Below are positions 48,301 to 60,000 of a stretch of DNA of 64,000 bases, piece by piece (the first letter of the stretch is position 1; the number at the start of each line of letters is the position of its first letter). The position numbers were made by a program, and so were the translations under genes. Source of the DNA: Laetmonice hystrix (Eukaryota); assembly GCA_965235115.1 (NCBI GenBank), contig OZ249446.1:24180001-24244000 (forward strand), in the 5' to 3' direction. Below the pieces are notes generated by a model, which made no database searches, was not told where the DNA came from, and saw only the letters and a list, made by a program, of their open reading frames with translations.

Positions 48301-48427
48301 TGTAACCGTCCCCCGGCCCGGGGCCGTAGTCCATGACGGCGGTAGGCGCCTGCAGCCCCGGCGGGCCTGGGTACGGCACCTCGGTGAGCGTCGTGTACCG
48401 GCCGTCCGTTAGATCCTGCTCGACCAT
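36301..48427 (-). CDS. Fer2: bHLH transcription factor Fer2 (Ptf1b / 48-related 2), about 240 aa, 4 exons
   Basis: Exons (minus) 48427-48057, 46724-46624, 45212-45051, 36389-36301 (TGA); 723 nt in frame. b[59 protein letters not shown] and C-terminal [19 protein letters not shown] fit Fer2 rather than Ptf1a (HIPTLPYE) or Fer3 (KVPTFAYE). Confidence 0.9.
38357..38451 (-). mobile_element. tRNA-like SINE head (A and B boxes)
   Basis: Minus strand gtggccgagtgg (A box) ... ggttcaattcc (B box); no complete cloverleaf. Confidence 0.4.
40116..40633. mobile_element. Harbinger-like MITE
   Basis: Perfect 23-bp TIR gggctgtccataaatgacgtcat / atgacgtcatttatggacagccc; TSD not clear. Confidence 0.75.
40665..41763. 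mobile_element. MITE with 16-bp TIR and 5-bp TSD (GACAG), interrupted by a nested element
   Basis: cagggccggatccagg ... cctggatccggccctg; GACAG at 40660-40664 and 41764-41768. Confidence 0.85.
40788..41591. mobile_element. Harbinger-like MITE nested in the previous element
   Basis: 17-bp TIR ggcccggtttttaaaac / gttttaaaaaccgggcc, CAG on both flanks (3-bp CWG TSD); subterminal ttgcttaa repeats. Confidence 0.85.
45421..45564. promoter_or_regulatory. Cluster of three perfect CRE palindromes (TGACGTCA) within a long imperfect hairpin, Fer2 intron 2
   Basis: TGACGTCA at 45421, 45508 and 45538; inverted repeat about 45489-45564. Function is unproven. Confidence 0.4.
46018..46357. mobile_element. 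Kolobok-like MITE
   Basis: TTAA TSD on both sides; perfect 13-bp TIR aggtgctattcgt / acgaatagcacct; internal 24-nt palindrome at 46205-46228. Confidence 0.85.
46399..46602. mobile_element. Harbinger-like foldback MITE about 20 nt from the Fer2 exon 2 donor
   Basis: TAA on both flanks; long imperfect IR (cgagcgtcaagcgtcatttt...gacgctct..atgctcag). Confidence 0.75.
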
Positions 48428-49009
48428 TGTGTTTTTATAGGCTTAGGAGAAGGCAACGATGACCGATTCCTCGGATCAGTTTCCGAATAAAGAGTTCGGA
48501 AACAGTGCGCAGAAATAAACGCCGAGGATACGTTGCTGTAAATGGTTGCTGGCCGCAGATCAAACGTGGGAATATATTTGTTATAATGTCGATCCACAGA
48601 TTATTCCAAATGATCGAGTTCCTGTGTCACAAATACGATCAAGTTCGTGTCTCACAAATACGATCATGAACGAAAGCGATGTGAAACATGTGTCGTCGTC
48701 TTCATCAAAATGATTTCGTTTTCTCAAATAGTATCACTCATTTTGAAGATGATTTTTTTCGTCTTAGAAAAAAACGACTTTTGTAACGCCACAGTTGGCC
48801 AATATTATGAAATATAAAGTATAAATAAATGAATTGACAAAATTCCAATATACCTCTTCCGTTTTCAGTTTAAATCCCGCGATATGTTATAAAACCCGAA
48901 TGTTGCGCTGATTCCGATAAATTCCTGGCTGTGAATGGCCAGGACGGACGACGTTCCGGGAAGTTCTAGGAAGGTTCTCAGTCTGATAAACTGCGCCGTC
49001 TGACAAACG

Positions 49010-49025
49010 CACGTGGGTATTTATA
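49010..49025 (-). promoter_or_regulatory. Candidate Fer2 core promoter: TATAAATA with an adjacent CACGTG E-box
   Basis: Minus-strand TATAAATA at 49025-49018, about 600 nt upstream of the ATG; CACGTG at 49010-49015. Confidence 0.3.
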
Positions 49026-50829
49026 CCGAGTTCTGATGACACTCAGGGACGGTTGTCATTTTCACATGTTGAAGTCAATTAACCAGTTGAATGGATTAGC
49101 AGGATCTCAAGGAGGCGTGCTCGGCGGGGGCTGACAGGGACAGGCCACCCTCAGGCTGCGGGGGGGGGGGGGTGTCTATAGGTGGAACTGGGGGTTAAAT
49201 GCCTGGTGCATGGCTCTCGAGAGGGGGATGGGGGTTCTACACTGATTTGCAAAATCATGCAGGGGGAAGGGGGGGGGGGGGGTTGTGGTGTAAAATCATT
49301 GCTAACAAGTCTAGTTTTACACGTACATAGATTAGACTATGACATATGTAAATTACTTCAGAGATAGACAAACGAAAATATTATCAATTCAGTTATTGAA
49401 ATAACAAGAAGATCGACTGGATTGGGATCTTTATTACAAACGTTTAATCAGTGTTTAGATATTTTTCATCTCTATGAGATTCACTTTTTTAAAAACAAAA
49501 TTTACGGTAAAGAAGAAAACCACTTTGATCGACATAATTTATATCCCGTTTTGTTTTTTCACATAATGTATTTTCCAAGACTTCCATCCGACTACCACTT
49601 TTCCCCGATGACGCATGCTTGTGACACGGAGGCCTTACAACAATACAGAACCCCCCGGGTTCGCTTTACACTAAGTCTCTATTAGAGTCGAGTCTATCAA
49701 AACATTATGATATCAGCACGTAGCTGGGCTGGTTAATCGTTCATTAAGTGACACGTGCCGGAATACCACACAAAAGACGCGAGGGTGGTCATGTAATTGG
49801 CGGTGGTCGCCCCGCTAGCACAGAACCACTTGAATGCACAGAACGGCCACTTGAATGTTGGCTTAGTTCACGTGTTTTCCGCCAGGTAGCGCCCTCGTCC
49901 GCCCTCGAGGCGAAACCCGCCACGCGACGCACTTTCACTGAAACACGATTCGCGTAGAAAAGCAATTACCGCTCGTTGCTGGATGTCTGACAGCGAAGTT
50001 CATCCGCTGACAAGATGGAGATTTCCGCCAGAGCAGGTTCCCGACAGGTTCGAACATTGCTGTGTTTGTGTAACCAATAATTGACCTGCCGAAGTATTGT
50101 TTTCTGGCGCGTGACACCTTGTTCGCTTAAGTGGTCACGGCCGACTGAGCAACGATTAAGTTACGATCGCCTGGCGAACTCGAGTGGTGCGATAGGACAA
50201 TCAGAGCCTGAGCCTAGCGACAGACGAGTCGCAGCTCCCACGGACTGAGATTTGTTTCTGTGACGAAGGAGTCGTGTTAATCGTGAGTTTCCCACCGTCG
50301 GTTTGACAAGAAAAAGGCTGTCATTGCAAATCAAACAATACAACAATAGAACAATGAAACTGTGGTTACCGTGGCAGTTTTAGAAATCCGAGGGGGGTTG
50401 GGGGGTGGGGGGCGAGAGGCTGGCGTCTATCATGAACACAAATAATGTTGAAATATAATCGTCAACCCTGAAGGAGGGAGGGGCATACATGCAGCCAGTG
50501 TTTGGTCGTCGATGACGTCTCATGGAGATAGACCACGACAGTCCATAACGTTACGAACGAGATCAACATTTAGATATGAAGGAATAATTAAATTTGGTAA
50601 AACAGAGGATAAAGCCTGATCATCGGAATAAATATATACAACTCCAGTCTAATAATTGCGAATTCTCACTTTTCAAACTAAAGTATAGGTTGAATGACAT
50701 GTTATTAAAGTCTATATGAAATATCAAGGTAATTTCTATTTCTTTTTTAGCTATCTGCCTACACATTCTCATTAATAGTGAAAATATCAATGTATAATTC
50801 TATTCCTGAGACAGCACAGTCCTTCATCG

Positions 50830-51227
50830 AAGGCCCGTAGCCAGGGGGGGGGGGGTCGGGGGGGTCGGGGGGGTCGGGGGGGGTCGGACGACCCCCCCCC
50901 CCCCCCAGTTGCCCATCCCTAAGATTTTGTTCCACCCTTTAGTGCTGGATAGGCTCTGGAAAACCTTGGATTTATTTCCCAGATGCCAGGAAAACGCGTA
51001 TTTGGCTCTGTAATTTCCATTTTTTCTGGGGGAGGGCTCCCAGACCCCCCGCTCATCTCTTGGAGCCTTCGCCTTCTCCTGGATCCACCCATGACTGCCC
51101 CCCCCCCCCCCAACTTAGAAATTTCTAGCTACGGCCCTGTCCTAGACTGCCCAACCATACCTTGTTCCGCCCTTCGAAGTCCAGACCCCCCCCCCCCCCC
51201 CCACCTGGAAGGCTGGCTACGGGCCTG
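50830..51227. mobile_element. MITE with aggcccgtagccag TIR and poly-G/C interior
   Basis: aggcccgtagccag (50831) / ctggctacgggcct (51213-51226); no TSD seen. Confidence 0.6.
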
Positions 51228-54200
51228 GTTTATGTACAATCAGACCTCGTCAGGTCTGACTACTATAGGTAATATGTAAAGTCAAGGTTAAACAGAACGT
51301 GTGGTTTTGTGTAGGCCTAAAGAGCCAAGCATCAGTTGGACAGAGGAAACGCGCAGTCCATGTTAATATAATTTCGATCATAAAATCCCCTCCGCGACCA
51401 CGCTCTCAAATGATGCATGGAACGGCTTGCACGAGAATCCCTGACACCTAGCGGTAACAGTAGGACTTGTCAACGGCCTCGTTCCTGCGTTTGACGGCAG
51501 GTGGCACTAAGAGACTCGGGCTTTATTCGCTGTACTGATGTTTCCCCTGGTCACTGTGGGTGTTCAGTCAGTGGCTGTTGAAAGAGTCTGCCATGTCATG
51601 CAAACAATTTCAACATATTTTGTTTTTGTAAACATTGAAAGCAATGCAGATACATCCGGGAAACTTGCATTCTATCATGGTTTAGTCTCTACCACTCGTG
51701 ACATCTCACGTCTTGGTTTGAATCTACCTGATGTCCGAAGGTTCCTCTGTTACTTGCTGCAAGGTCGTTAGTTTAAGCCGGGAACTCCGAATTTCCCACT
51801 AATGAAACTTCACCCCTCGTTATAACGCCCCTGCTGCTACAGCGATAGTTTAATTATGATTGTATGTGGAACAAAACGTGTGTTTTTTTTTATAATGATC
51901 TTCAAACTGGCAACGGACCTTGAGACATCTAGGGATTGCCAGCTTGAATGGGGCAGATATTTGCAGCTTTGAATAATCTATTTAAAAAACCCACTGGTGT
52001 GCCAGTCCTAGGTGGCCAATACCATGACCTTCCTATTTTCAGTTAATTTGAATATACATAATAGTTGGTGCAAAGATTTACTAAATACGAAATAAAAGAC
52101 CCTCTAGAAAAAAGGGGGATCGATTTAATTTGATACACGATGCATGACGTTGATGAAGTACTTGTTGGATCAAACGGCATAATGCAAGTAACTTTAAAAT
52201 GTCATCAATCGCTCAGTTCTCTTTGAATAACTTGGACTGGACCTTTCCAACATTCAACAGCGCCTTCATATGAAAAGATTGAGCACGAATCTGTCTTTAC
52301 ACAACATGGCACACCGTCCTCTTTTGACTCCTTTTCATCTTCGACTACACAAACATAATTTCGTCGATTAGCTCACGTCATGGGCGAATTCTCAAAGACG
52401 TTTAGAAAAATATACGATCCCTTCTGAAAAGCTGATTTAATGGTGACGGGTTGGAGAAGGACGATCCTTGCTGTTCTATGGAGCTGCGATGAATTCTGAT
52501 GAGCAGAAGGTATGTCAGAGAATGAGGCACGTCAACGTATTCAACCGTCGGTCCCTTTATGTGTGGAGCCGTAGAAGTTTATATTGGCACCTCCTGTGAA
52601 AACAGGCTCCGGATGCATGGCGTCTGTGTTTGATTTTGTATAATACCAATGATCAATGTGTCGTATACTCTGGTGGTGGGCAAACCTACTTTTATTGTGT
52701 CAACAGTCCTGGTGGGGGATCTGCGAAACGTGAAGGCAGTGCTCCATACATAAAGCCGGTCAATGATACGTACCAACAATGTATAACCTCCAACAAATCA
52801 GGCCTTAAGAACAGAATCTCACCAGGGGGATCTAACTTCACAGTGACCAAGCCCGTCACACCGTTCTACACAAACACAGAGCTGGTTTTTCAAATCAGGA
52901 AACACAATTCGGAGTCAAGTCCAAATTGTCTGGGGACAACGAAGGCGAATCGCTGCGCCGCTGTCAAATCGTGTTGAATCTGTCGTGTCAATATTACCAA
53001 CCTCTCCCTGAGCTGTGTAGGCACGGGAGCTGGAATATCAAAGGCTGGATCGGAGATTGAGAACCAATAGAGATACAAATAGAGTTTGTATAGAGAGAAC
53101 CCTTTCCGGAAGGAAAGGAGTAGGTTTTCGTATTATCTGGTTGGGAGTCAGAGAAGAATAGATCTATTGGTCATGGGCAAACAAACCAGAGGAGCGTGAA
53201 TCAACAGCAAAATAATGACATGAGTTGGTCAAAGGCCCACCGGCAGGGATGACCGACTGAGACTCTCTCTCTCTCTTTCTCTCTCTCCTCTTCTCTTCTC
53301 TTCTCTTCTCTGGGAAGTTGGACTCAGGATATAGATATAGGGGGGTCAGCTGCGTACTAAAGTACTTGTTGCTTCCTGCAGCAAGGTCAGGACATTTTTT
53401 ATGCTTTAATATGTGCATGAGGCAACGCTAAACTGCATAGTTATAAGACATTTAACTTCGAGATCCAATAATTCACCCACATAAGACCAACAAAGGTTGG
53501 AAGAAAATTAGTGTAACAAAATGTATTGCTGACTTTTTCTTACACGTCGCTGTGAAGGGAACGTGACAAAACAACTTCCGGAAATCAATCCTGCGGATGT
53601 TCGCTCTTTTTCTTTTATTAAAAGATAAACTGTCCTGCAACCCATACAATTTTCGCGCCTGTAATTCCTTTTTTTCTAACTGGTATATCAATGTCAAAAT
53701 AATACCCGAGCCCAAAATCTGCGCACCTTTCTCTGAAAGTAAATTACAGGCGTACTTTGAAAGCATGTTTTGTTGGACATGAACTACAAGGGTTCTGCCC
53801 CGTATGTTCCCCCACCTACAACACGATACCCACCCTCTATCCCCACAACTAATGTCAACCTTTGACAGTTTCCGCAATTCAAGTAAAGTACTTCACACCA
53901 TTGAGGAGTAATTTCGGCAAATTCTAGTCATTTTCGGTCCAAGAACAAAAACAGAGATATCGCGCGCGTCACCCGCAGTTGTCAAGAAATGACAGTCTTT
54001 CCGCGAGCAATTGTACAATTATTTAGCGGAATTGGTGCGGCGTAGCCGATCTCAGTCATTAGCCCGCCCTTTCGCGCCCCGTCACCCGCTGGGGCTAATT
54101 TCAGAGCGGTTTCGCGTTTCGCCTCGTTCTGGCTGTCTTGACAATGCGCGCGCATCGATGCGCGCCCTGTGGGGCTTACAGGTGCGCGGAGCGCAACAAG

Positions 54201-55433
54201 CGGGGCCTTTATGGGGGCAAGACGAGCCTTTCCCGCGCCCCTACTGAGCGACCGAAATAAAACAGGCATTTATCATAATCTATGAAGGTTCATCCCCCAG
54301 TTGGTCGGGGCGGGGCGCATTCAGAAAGAGTGGCAAGCATTGTTTAAAGGTGTAAAGGATGATGGCAGCCTTGTGGGTGGTAGTAGCGTAACGTCTGTGT
54401 TGTGGGGATCTATGACCGTATCAATCTTCATAGAGACAGGCATTAATCGGTTAGAGAACGTCGGATTCACGCAGCCTTGAAAGGAGTAAATATCTAAGAA
54501 AGAAATGGGATGAGATGTGCCCTCATCAGTTTATATTAAGGCCTATTTCAAATATCTCGTTATAATAGGCTACCCATATACTGAGCAATGTCAATCAAAT
54601 ATACTATTATTGTGAGACTGCAACTGTTTAGTAAATATTTTACGATCCTAGTTTGAAAAGTACGTTGGCTCCGTTAAAAACTAATCTGTATCCATTATAT
54701 CTAACTAATGACAGTCTTTCAAATAGATTTCTAAAATACTCACCTCTAACAGAATCTATTTTGAAACGGAATGCAAACCCTAATGATACAAAAATCAAGG
54801 CACAGAATAGCGACGATTTCTGCGTATCGATTGAGAATTTCACGTCCCTATTGCGGCAGGGTAAAATAATTATACGACTAGTTTATGCATACATACAGAC
54901 GTACGAACTTCTCAAAGCTGATCTCTGTATACAAGAGAAGCCATGTGCAGGTGTTTCTATACAAGGTGTTCGGTATATTGTATCTTGCTTTCATGGTCAT
55001 ATAGGTTAAATCTTTCGATCCATCATGTTTTACGACCTTCATATGAGCGATGTTGACCAAATTTTTTGAGACTTTTCTCTATGCAACAGTAAAGTTGGTG
55101 AACATTGAAGAATTGAAGAACTGGTTGCTTCGTTAAAACATGCTATTATTGTTTTGATTATATGTCAATAATGCTGAATATACGAAATAGTTTAATGAAG
55201 AAGAAGAAGAACCTTCTCCGCCTTTTCCTGCATAAACCCTCGCTTTGTTGGCATCCAAATAGTAGATGGCCTCAATCAGTCCTATACCTCTGTAAGAGGA
55301 TCTTTTCATTTGCAAACCGTGATTATATATGACTTCTTCTATATGTTCTCTTATGTGCCAGTTCTGGCGTTGTCCTATATAGGCCTACTTAATTAATTGT
55401 ACCATATCGACACATGTTCACTTCCTTTCCCCT

Positions 55434-55476
<43 letters not shown>

Positions 55477-55691
55477 GAAACAAAGAAAGAGAAACATTAT
55501 CATCAAATGGATGATAGAGGATATAATTTTTTTCCTTAAAATTGTCTCCTATACGAAGACCCAGAGGGGAAATTTATTTTATTAAAAAAAATATTATTGC
55601 ATACAGGTACGACATACGTGCGCAATACGTACGATTTGATGTTGCATGGTTTCAAGCATACAGAGGACTGAAGTCAACCTCTATGTAGCTT

Positions 55692-55947
55692 CAGGGCCGG
55701 ATCCAGGATTTTTTTCAAGGGGGGGGGGGGTTGCAACAACTTGACAGATGAAAAAACACTTTATTACCAAGATATTACATTTATATTTTGCTCCTTTCCA
55801 ACTAAAATAGCACTGTGCACTGTGCATTGGGGCAATCTGGTGGAAATCTGGCTTTAGCATGCATGTTCAGATAGAATCTTTCTAGATTTCTAAGGGGGGG
55901 TTGCAACCCCCCAACCCGCCCCCCCCCCCCTTCTGGATCCGGCCCTG
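55692..55947. mobile_element. MITE with 15-bp TIR and 5-bp TSD (AGCTT); same family as 40665-41763
   Basis: cagggccggatccag / ctggatccggccctg; AGCTT at 55687-55691 and 55948-55952. Confidence 0.88.
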
Positions 55948-58806
55948 AGCTTATACGTACATCGCCTATAGATATTACCTCATCAGTAAACCTCAAGAGG
56001 GCTAGAACTAGGAGGGCTGTGAAGTAAGGAATCATGTCAACCTGGTTGAGGGTTACGGGAAGCCAGTTCGGTCGGGTTCCATGCTTACCTCTTCAAAGTC
56101 TATGCACCTTCTGTCACTATAGCATACATTTTAGGTTTAATATACATGTACGTAGGTTTTGGAAACAGACGCACGCTGCATGCGCACAACGATAGTTCCC
56201 CGACGAATCCATTAATTGTTTTAACATCTTCACGCGAATAGTTATTTAACAGTACATCGCTGCTTAATTTATCATAAAAATCTGTCGAGAAAATAACGAG
56301 AGGGTTTTGTTTATTCCGGAGAATTCCGGCTATAAAATTGTATCTCGAAGGTGGGGGGGGGGGGGTCCAGGAAAAGACGTGCGTATTTCCAGATTTTCTG
56401 GATTTCACATATTTAAAAAAAATAGTTGGGAACCCCAATCAAGCAAAAACCTAATTATCATGCAATGTTTTCGCCAATTCGTCCAATGTATATGAAATAG
56501 TTGACATGATTCCTTTATTGTCAGTCACAATGGGTTGGTACAAAACCCCCTGAAGTCGAGAAATGTTTCAGACCGGAGTATAGGCCTACAACCGTGCTTG
56601 ACCTTTAGCTATATATCTAGGGTAATTCCTGCATACCGTGGTCTCGGTAAAATGCAGAGAGCTATTTGAGTGTTTTTTCCGCATTATTATGTTGACTCGA
56701 ATCGATAGAATAACTTGGATGCCAAATAGGCCTAGCATTTACAAGATGCAAACTCTCACGCGCTGGCGTATATGGTAAAATATGTACCCTATATTTACAG
56801 CATTCAGGGTATAATAGGGTAAAAGTCCATCGCTGTTTCTTATATATATAAATATAGGGGTATAAAGCAGGATGGATGGACCCTGATATGGCAGGTTTCA
56901 TAATCATAATCACCTATAGGCTACTTTGTCCATTTGCTGATAACGCAATAGCAGGTACGCAATATACAGATTAAAAAAATATAACAATTGACATTGTCCC
57001 CTCTGGGCCTTCGTCGTACGCCACCTCGCCATTGATAAATAATCGTTAGAGTCTATAGGTAAAGAAAATAAAAAAGGACATAATATACGGTATTCATTAA
57101 ATATAAATTTATTTACGGCATTCATGAAATATTTGCATATAATAAAAATTGTTGCGTGATTTCCTAGTCCACTGCCTGTTGGTGTACGGCCACGTCCTTC
57201 CTCTTTGCATTAGGTATCGCATTTATGAACAATTCGCTGTTTGGAGCATCAAGATATTAGACAAATATGGAAAGCGAGTGGTTAACAACACATCTATAGA
57301 GTAAGTTGGTCGTGCGATCTTGGAGAAGTAATTATTCCACAAAGGTGCAAATTTGTTTACAAAACTGTATCTCGTACACAATGAAGGATACACATTCCGT
57401 TGAAGCCCCATGCAGTTGGCACATCAATGAACAATAGAATGTACAATCTCCACATGTGTTTTCCTCTGAGACAGATAAATATATCCAAGGTATATGCCGT
57501 CCTCCATGCAGGTATACGACACAATATGACGTAACAGCGTTTCCAATATCTCCTGATTAGTGCTCCCCTAGCTCACGACCTGATCACATGTTGCCTGTAG
57601 CTTGTTTGTAGATTCGGTTCACAACAACTGATGTGACGTGATCACACCATCATGAAGAATATGATGATGTTATCTTGATATCAGATGATGAGCCATACAT
57701 CAGTAGTATCTCAGTCAGTGCAATAATTGGATGTGATGATGTGGATTCTGCCTCCAGGCACCTTTACCTATAGACTAGCTCCGATACGGGTGGTAGTTGT
57801 GGGAAGTGCGAACCTGCGAGATAGGAAGAGAAAAGAAAAACAACATACATTAGCATTGATTCAATATTTTTAATTGCAGGGTATATACGATCAAGTCGGT
57901 TCCGCGCCGGAACGTCACAGCTGTTTGTATAGAATACATAATTGCCATTTCATTTTATTGTGTAATTGTATTTTGTTAACAATAATGCTTTTTTAAAATT
58001 ATATATTTTAACTTTTTTATTCGCAGAACACATTGTGTTATTATAATTCTCCCTGAATGAATTATACCACTAATTTGATAGATATTCACTAACTGATGGT
58101 TTCTGAGGGCGCTAGTGATGCAGATATGAATAGGCCATTTGTTACGTGGATGAAAAGAGTTTGGCGCCGTTGTATAATCTATCATGTAAAAAGTATCACC
58201 GCCCATATATCACCCCCCCCCCAAAAAAAAAAAAATCTTGAAAACCAAATGTTAGGATGAGGTTAAATATTTACTTGACTCTGAAACATATAATTATTAT
58301 ACTTATATGATACTGTACAAACTGATATACATTAGATTATAATTATACAATAAAGTGTAAGGGGCCTAGAGTTTCTAGCCACGTCAAATAGTCATCTGAG
58401 GTTGGGGGGAGAGGGGTGTAAGAAATTTGGATAACTTTGCTAGCTGTACGTGCCTGTCAATGGTTGGCGGGTCTGCCCGTGGCCCGGTCTGTCCCCCACC
58501 TGCGGCCGGCGGGCGGAGGCAGGCGGGCGGGTGGGCCGAGCACCTGACTGGCCCCGGGCGGGTCTGGCCGGGCGGTCCGTCAGATGTACGGCGGCGGCCC
58601 GGCAGGAGGGTCCTCCCCCTGCCGTGCTCCATCCCGGGCCCCGGTAACCTATCCCCGGCCCCCCTGCTGCTGTCTCTCCGCCGGCCTCCCCAGCCCGCCC
58701 CGCCCGGGCCCGTGTATGCCATCAGCCGGTCTCTGCCCTGCTCTATCCCTGACTGACTCTCCCGCTCCCCCCTCGCTATACCCCCCTCCACCCCTGTTTT
58801 CACAAC

Positions 58807-59100
58807 ACCAATTGTTCAGGAAGTGTCAGGCCATTCGAGTAGCAATTCCCTGAATGCCACAATTGCCTTCCTCCAATGCCCCTTTTGCTACATCTCCACG
58901 GGGATACCAACGACGTGTTGCCGCGTCTATTGAGTCGACCTTTTCATTGCATACCAGACTCGTTCATCCCAGACCTTGCAGGTGGGCTCTATACTAACAT
59001 ATACCCTCGACCTCCTGTCTATACAAACAACCATCTCGGTCTTCTCCTCATCAACAAAAGTCCCATTAAAACCTATACCCCGACCTCGTGCAGCGGAAGA
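58807..59100 (+). pseudogene. Frameshifted Penelope-like (PLE) reverse transcriptase fragment
   Basis: PIVQEVSGHSS...FLQCPFCYI / DTNDVLPRL...IPDSF...GGLYTNIYP resembles the PLE RT motifs RPIVS...SYIKDTxDFLxKL...DVxSLYTNIP. Confidence 0.55.
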
Positions 59101-59689
59101 GGGGTTCAATACGCCTCCATGCCTTATACCCCCCTTCAAAATCCACAGCTGACAATTCACCCCACTGAGTTGCACTTGATGATCGTGCCATCTCAATGAA
59201 CGTGCGGCCGAGAATTCAGAGGAGAAAAGAGCTCACACGCATGCGTGGACTCCAGTTGGCAAATAGTAGCCGTTCATCGGGTGTCGGTGCACCACTTGAC
59301 AGGACAAATATTTAAAGTCAAGTTGGTGGCGAAGACTGTATCAAAAGCGTGGTTAATATAGAACGCGTTCCCTCATTGATGCTTTAAATCACCATGGCAA
59401 CAGCGTTCATCGCATCAGCGATAAACCTTCTTAGCTTTGTAATTCGGTCTAAAGTTCATCTAAAAAGCAGTATTTCGCGCCCCCAATGCATGCCTCTACA
59501 ATAATTAAACATTGAAGGCGAGGCGGCCAAACGTACTTTGACGTAAAGGTGGTGACAGGATATAAAAAGTTGCGAGTCTAAGAAATTTCATTGCACCAAA
59601 CCTCTCCTTCAGGAAGGACTGATGGTGTATGTAAATCGATATCCCGTGACGCACACGTTCACTAATAGGTTTCGAATGTACCTCAATAA

Positions 59690-60000
59690 AAATAACAAGC
59701 ACTTTCAGGTATCCAGGTGTTTGCTGTAAGTGAAATGAAGCCGGTAAAAGTTTGCCCGATTGAGGCCTCAGGGCCAAAACAGACGTCCATTTGGTGATCC
59801 TTCGGACAAAGTCGGAGTCGAGAGCCCGACACGTTAGTCCGGGTGCTCCTCATTGACGAGCAAGGGTGACTGACTGCCAAATCAAATCGTCATTAAGGTA
59901 TACACCACAATAAGTCTGATCCTGATCCGGGTTCTTAACACCTCCAGGCAGAGTCGTCTGCTTTGATTGCCAGCAGCGTAGCGCCTATCAATTGCAGACG
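59690..60000 (-). pseudogene. Possible decayed THAP-domain ORF (transposon-associated)
   Basis: RSTRTNVSGSRLRLCPKDHQMDVCF...WIP loosely resembles THAP RRTRANWxG..LCSxHF..CF..AVP; broken by stops and frameshifts. Confidence 0.3.

Noticed and set aside
52130-53080. Coding-like stretch including the 115-aa ORF 52630-52977
   Set aside because: TTG start, no recognisable motifs or splice partners; opposite-strand frames are riddled with stops. A tBLASTx search would be needed.
53473-54269. 134-aa minus ORF and adjacent GC-rich block with an 18-bp palindrome (54148-54165)
   Set aside because: No domain or element boundaries identified; likely a repeat interior.
58384-58853. Overlapping Pro/Gly/Arg-rich ORFs on both strands
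   Set aside because: Expected from extreme GC content (few stop codons); no domain signal.
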